From: an uncultured Gemmatimonadaceae bacterium
GTDB lineage: Bacteria > Gemmatimonadota > Gemmatimonadetes > Gemmatimonadales > GWC2-71-9
DNA length: 64,000 nt
NCBI GenBank assembly: GCA_964518955.1
Contig: CAZFHS010000029.1
Span: 15,963 to 79,962 of the forward strand
Direction of reading: 5' to 3'
Positions 60,175-64,000 of this stretch are shown here, one piece after another. The position numbers were made by a program, and so were the translations under genes. Each line of letters begins with the position of its first letter. Position 1 is the first letter of the stretch. The notes under the pieces are model-generated. The model had not been told where the DNA came from. It ran no database searches and saw only the letters and a program-made list of their open reading frames with translations.

Positions 60175-60756
60175 ATGCAACCGCTCAAGAAGATAGCCAC
60201 GATGACGACTGCGATACTATGCGCAACGTCAATGCTCTCCGTTGCCGTCGCACAGGGACCGGTACCCATACGCGAAGCGTCGCCTGGACTACTGGTGCAA
60301 GCGCCGACGTCGCCGGCTCTCGCTAGGCTGACTGCGTTCGGGGAATTTCCAGGCGCTCACATGGTTTCCGCCGAGATTCGCAATGAGGCGAGTCGTCTCC
60401 TGTATTCGTTCGAGTTCAGGTACGACAATCACAAAGCGAACGAACAAGTGCAAATCGACGCGGCGACAGGTCAGGTCGTGTGTGTCGAGTACTCGGTTGA
60501 ACAGAATCACTCCGGTCAATTCGTGATCACAGGCCCTTCAGATCTGATGGCCCTAGTGGAATCCAGCTACAGATTCGCGCGGAACGTGGTCGATGAGAAT
60601 TCGGAGCATGGGCACGTCGTGAAATGCAGACTGAGAGTGCAGCAGTCAAAGGAGATCTTCGTGTTCGATGTCGAAGTCGGTGAAGAGCACGACCTCCAGC
60701 AGCTGCTGATCGACGCAAGTACTGGGATTCTGCTCTCCGGGCTTTCGCCCATGTGA
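60175..60756 (+). CDS. secreted hypothetical protein (possibly PepSY-like repeats)
   Basis: Signal peptide MQPLKKIATMTTAILCATSMLSVAVAQG. SD AGGAGG 8 nt upstream of the ATG. Two similar halves ending ...IDAATGQVV and ...IDASTGILL. Confidence 0.45.
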   Translation: MQPLKKIATMTTAILCATSMLSVAVAQGPVPIREASPGLLVQAPTSPALARLTAFGEFPGAHMVSAEIRNEASRLLYSFEFRYDNHKANEQVQIDAATGQVVCVEYSVEQNHSGQFVITGPSDLMALVESSYRFARNVVDENSEHGHVVKCRLRVQQSKEIFVFDVEVGEEHDLQQLLIDASTGILLSGLSPM

Positions 60757-60786
60757 GTGTACTCCAACACGCCTGTTCGCAAAGGG

Positions 60787-61776
60787 ATGGCAATGAAATA
60801 CGTATTTGGCCCGGTACCATCATGGCGACTGGGTCAGTCGTTGGGAGTTGATCCGGTTCCACTCAAGACCTGCAATTGGAACTGTGTGTACTGCCAGCTA
60901 GGTAGAACGAAGCCGGTCACGATGCGGCGGGCTAATTACGTTCCGGTACGTGATGTGATTGACGAAGTCCGAGTCGCCCTGGAAAGCAACGCAACGACGA
61001 AGATCGATTGGATAACATTCGTCGGTTCGGGCGAAACCCTGCTCCACGCGAAGATTGGCTGGATGCTACGAGCGGTGAAGGATCTCACCGACATTCCAGT
61101 GGCCGTTATCACAAACGGATCGCTGTTGTACCAGCCCTACGTGCGTTGGGAACTGGCCGTAGCCGATGCCGTTCTCCCGAGTTTGGACGCCGGAAACGAT
61201 TCACTGTACCACAGGTTGAATCGCGCCCACCGAGCAGCATCCTTTAGCCTACATCGCGACGGCCTAGTGGCGTTTCGAAACGGGTACCTTGGTCAGCTGT
61301 GGATCGAAGTGATGCTCGTTCACGGACTCAACGATGGTGAAACCGAGCTCAGTGAGATCGCATCGTTATTGAGGCAGATCAGGCCGGACCAGATTCACAT
61401 CAACGGTCCATCCCGGTCATCCGTCGAGTCGTGGGTGAAACGTCCGGATGCAGACACTGTGCTGAGAGCATCACGCGTTTTCGGCAATGTCGCACCAACT
61501 AGAGTGGTACGCTCTTCAGAGGGCGTTTGTGAGTTGCCGACTGACCAGTCAGTTGTTGATGCAGTGGTTCAAGTCGTTACTCGACACCCGTTGCGTCGTT
61601 CCGACTTGGAGAACGCTCTTGCCCGCCTAGAACCTCACGAGGTTGGTAGAAACATGGCGCTGCTCGAGAAAAGCAATCAGCTTCAGGTTGTCGTTCGGGA
61701 TGGTACGGAGTATTGGGTTTCCGCGGCGGCTTTCTTTCCTGAGAATGGAAACGGCGCCACCACCTTCGTGGCGTGA
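60787..61776 (+). CDS. radical SAM protein
   Basis: GPVPSWRLGQSLGVDPVPLKTCNWNCVYCQLG (CxxxCxxC). Glycine-rich SAM motif FVGSGETLL. Start is ATG 60787 or 60793. Confidence 0.8.
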   Translation: MAMKYVFGPVPSWRLGQSLGVDPVPLKTCNWNCVYCQLGRTKPVTMRRANYVPVRDVIDEVRVALESNATTKIDWITFVGSGETLLHAKIGWMLRAVKDLTDIPVAVITNGSLLYQPYVRWELAVADAVLPSLDAGNDSLYHRLNRAHRAASFSLHRDGLVAFRNGYLGQLWIEVMLVHGLNDGETELSEIASLLRQIRPDQIHINGPSRSSVESWVKRPDADTVLRASRVFGNVAPTRVVRSSEGVCELPTDQSVVDAVVQVVTRHPLRRSDLENALARLEPHEVGRNMALLEKSNQLQVVVRDGTEYWVSAAAFFPENGNGATTFVA

Positions 61777-62120
61777 GCAAATACGGCCGGGAAGTTGCAC
61801 GAATCGTCCTCTGATGGATTGCTGGACTCGAGCCCGGTCAAGAGATTCTCGCTACATGCCACCCAATAGCTGGACTGGACAAACCCGTAAAGAGTCCGCG
61901 GCGCCGCTCCGGTGACGCGGGCCATCCCCGAGCTCGGGGATAACCCTCGTATTGCGTCCTGCAAGAGCGCATTGTCCTCTGGCCGGATATGCCTGATTCG
62001 TACAGCGGTTCCATCGTGCAAGACGGCAGGTTCAGTAGATGGTTCAGCATTCGAATGGACTTGAGTATCCTTAGGCGGCCTTCAGAGAAATCCCAGTAAC
62101 ATTGGAAGACCTCTCTTCAC

Positions 62121-62732
62121 TTATCCTCTGGCTCGCATGACCATCTGCACGAGCTGCGACACGGAGTCTACCGCCATTTTGCTCATCACTCGAGCACGGT
62201 GTATCTCAACAGTCCGTTGGCTGAGCCCGAGGTCGATCGCTATGACCTTGTTCGCCTTTCCATCGACGACCATATCCATTACTTCGCGCTCGCGTGGCGT
62301 TAGCGAATCAATTCTCTCGTTGATTCTGCCAAGATCCTGGAGCTTCTTGCGAACCCTATCGTTCTCGGTGAATGCTTCTTGAATCTTATCGATCAGCTCT
62401 TGGTCCCTGAACGGCTTTTGCACGAAGTCCAGTGCTCCCGCTTTGACCGCCTCGACCGCCATCGGAACATCGCCGTGAGCAGTGACGAATATGATAGGCA
62501 AGGTGCACCCGACCGACACGAGCTTCTCTTGAAGCTCGAGACCACTCATTCCCGGCATGCGCACATCCAGAACGATGCAGCCTGGCCGGTCTGGAGCGTA
62601 CTTCTCCATGAAGTCATCGCCCGACTCGAATGTCTCAGCTTCAACACCGATCGAACGCAGCAGTATCTTCACCGACTCACGCACGCCCTGATCGTCGTCA
62701 ACGACAAACACTACTGGCTTTGCATCAGTCAT
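62121..62732 (-). CDS. FixJ/NarL-family response regulator
   Basis: Receiver domain VVFVVDDDQGVRES...DVRMPGMSGLEL. LuxR-type HTH LTPREREVMDMVVDGKANKVIAIDLGLSQRTVEIHR. Start ATG 62732 (SD GGAGGAAGAGA) overlaps the kinase stop by 8 nt. Confidence 0.9.
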   Translation of the reverse strand: MTDAKPVVFVVDDDQGVRESVKILLRSIGVEAETFESGDDFMEKYAPDRPGCIVLDVRMPGMSGLELQEKLVSVGCTLPIIFVTAHGDVPMAVEAVKAGALDFVQKPFRDQELIDKIQEAFTENDRVRKKLQDLGRINERIDSLTPREREVMDMVVDGKANKVIAIDLGLSQRTVEIHRARVMSKMAVDSVSQLVQMVMRARG

Positions 62733-63912
62733 TCTCTTCCTCCGGAACAATCGGCACCGTCATGAAGAAAGAGGTCCCGCCACCTTGGTTCCTGGTGAAC
62801 CACATTCGCCCACCGTGAGACGTTACGATCGATCGACTAACCGACAACCCCATTCCCATCCCATCCCTCCTTGTCGTGAAGAATGGTTGGAAGAGTTCTT
62901 CATCGCAATCCGCCGGCAAGCCCGAGCCGAAGTCGGTAACGCTGACCTCCACCATCGGCTCACGCAGCTGCGTCCGTATTGTGATGCGACGATTCGCCGC
63001 ATCAGTCTCAGTCATTGCATCTACTGCGTTGCGGATGAGATTGAGTACGACTTGCTGAATCTGGATCCCGTCGACGAGCACGGCGGGCAGAGATTCTGAC
63101 AGCAAGAGTTCCAGCGCAATGTCGTGCATGCGCGTGTCCACGGCCGCCAGATGTTCCAAGTCCCGGATCAACTCATTGATATCGCACTCGCTGAGTCTGC
63201 TCTCGTGCCTCCTCGCGAGGTTTTTCAAGCGGTGGATGATACCGCCCGCCCTCAGAGCTTCTTCAGTAACTCTCGAAAGAACCTGGATAATTTCCCCTGC
63301 GTCGGCCTCACTACTCTCCAATAAGCGCCTGCAGGCTTGTGAATAGGTAGCAATCGCCGTGAGCGGTTGGTTTACTTCGTGGGCGATGCTGCTCGCCATC
63401 TCACCCAGCGTGCTCACGCGCGCGAGGTGGGTCAGACGGCCTCGGAGTTCCTCTTCACGGTGTCTAAGCAGCTTATCAGCTCGTAAGCGTTCGACGATGT
63501 GCCCTGTCCGTTCTGCTACGGCGTTCAGCAACCTCCGCTCCGCAGCCAGGAACGGGCCCTCGAAACGCGCAGACATTTCTTCCAGATAACTCACCTCGAT
63601 CTTGCCAGCAGGTTCGCCGTGGACTCGCAGTTCGGCCACCTGCTTCCATTCCGTGTCCGCATGGTTTTCCGTCTTGAACTGAGTGCCTCCCAACACGATC
63701 CTCGCACAAGAGATCTCCGGGTGCGCCCAAGACATCGGAAGGAGTTCCACAATATCCTGCAGTATTACGTCGAGCGAGCCTCCGCTTCGCTCGACGATCT
63801 CAGAGATGCCATAGAGACAGTTGAGTTCCTTGAGGCGTTCTTCGAGCTCACTCTGTAGCTCGAGAAAACTCCGTTCACCGTTGTTGGTGTCGAGCATACT
63901 ACTCTCCGCCAC
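62725..63912 (-). CDS. sensor histidine kinase (FixL-like, cytoplasmic, N-terminal sensory domain)
   Basis: H-box SIAHEVNQPLTAI, N-box LIRNAVDAM, G-boxes DFGSGL and GMGMGLSVSRSIV. Confidence 0.9.
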   Translation of the reverse strand: MAESSMLDTNNGERSFLELQSELEERLKELNCLYGISEIVERSGGSLDVILQDIVELLPMSWAHPEISCARIVLGGTQFKTENHADTEWKQVAELRVHGEPAGKIEVSYLEEMSARFEGPFLAAERRLLNAVAERTGHIVERLRADKLLRHREEELRGRLTHLARVSTLGEMASSIAHEVNQPLTAIATYSQACRRLLESSEADAGEIIQVLSRVTEEALRAGGIIHRLKNLARRHESRLSECDINELIRDLEHLAAVDTRMHDIALELLLSESLPAVLVDGIQIQQVVLNLIRNAVDAMTETDAANRRITIRTQLREPMVEVSVTDFGSGLPADCDEELFQPFFTTRRDGMGMGLSVSRSIVTSHGGRMWFTRNQGGGTSFFMTVPIVPEEEND

Positions 63913-64000
63913 AGCCTGACTTCCGACTATCCGTTTCGTGCAGATAGAGCCTCAAACCATACGGGATTATGACACCACAGCCGCAGTTTTTGAACTGGTA

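Noticed and set aside
61683-62050. Possible GNAT acetyltransferase fragment (DGTAVRIRHIRPEDNALLQDAIRGLSP...) on the minus strand
   Set aside because: Only the first ~30 residues resemble a GNAT N-terminus, and the remainder shows no acetyl-CoA motif. The ORF is too short for the fold and would overlap the radical SAM gene by 94 nt. It may be a decayed remnant, but I cannot support a call.

Overview
GC-rich bacterial chromosomal window. I recognised no rRNA, tRNA, CRISPR array, transposase or integrase. All calls rest on reading the ORF-track translations and the raw DNA by eye; no searches or computations were run.

Core (about 13.3-43.6 kb): an unusually complete dissimilatory sulfate/sulfite-reduction supercluster, almost entirely co-directional on the minus strand. 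Gene order is rex, aprBA, two uncharacterised Cys-rich proteins, qmoABC, sat, osmC-like, dsrC, dsrT, dsrMKJOP, dsrAB, dsrD, dsrL, dsrN, tauE/DUF1634, sirC, a hemH-like::hemA fusion and a pentahaem cytochrome c. cbiX and cobA/hemD lie divergent from rex.

Left flank:
- a partial dacB-like gene that is missing from the ORF track
- a hypothetical membrane protein and an S9 peptidase
- a DUF1080 lipoprotein plus a Tat-dependent Gfo/Idh/MocA oxidoreductase
- a four-subunit group-3b-type NiFe hydrogenase
- a ThrC-family PLP enzyme

Right flank (44.6-64 kb):
- a thioredoxin-VKOR fusion with a 60-nt coding tandem repeat
- a dense block of conserved but functionally uncharacterised metal/Fe-S-handling genes: CGGC, two NifX-like, two MinD-ferredoxin ATPases, DUF89, DUF134, DUF5320, PadR-like, DUF364, Mrp/NBP35, DUF1847
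- a radical SAM gene and a FixL/FixJ-like two-component pair

Most noteworthy observations:
- the single-locus organisation of the whole pathway together with its siroheme supply
- dsrD and dsrL in the same operon
- two unknown Cys-rich proteins translationally coupled to qmoA
- a ferrochelatase-like::HemA fusion with an apparently degenerate active site
- oppositely charged tails on DsrA and DsrL
- a 23-nt box present four times around rex, plus a canonical Rex-type palindrome in front of dsrC
- two cofactor genes that seem to need CTG start codons
- RGG-type tails on three small regulators

Many long antisense 'shadow' ORFs in the track are artefacts of the high GC content.
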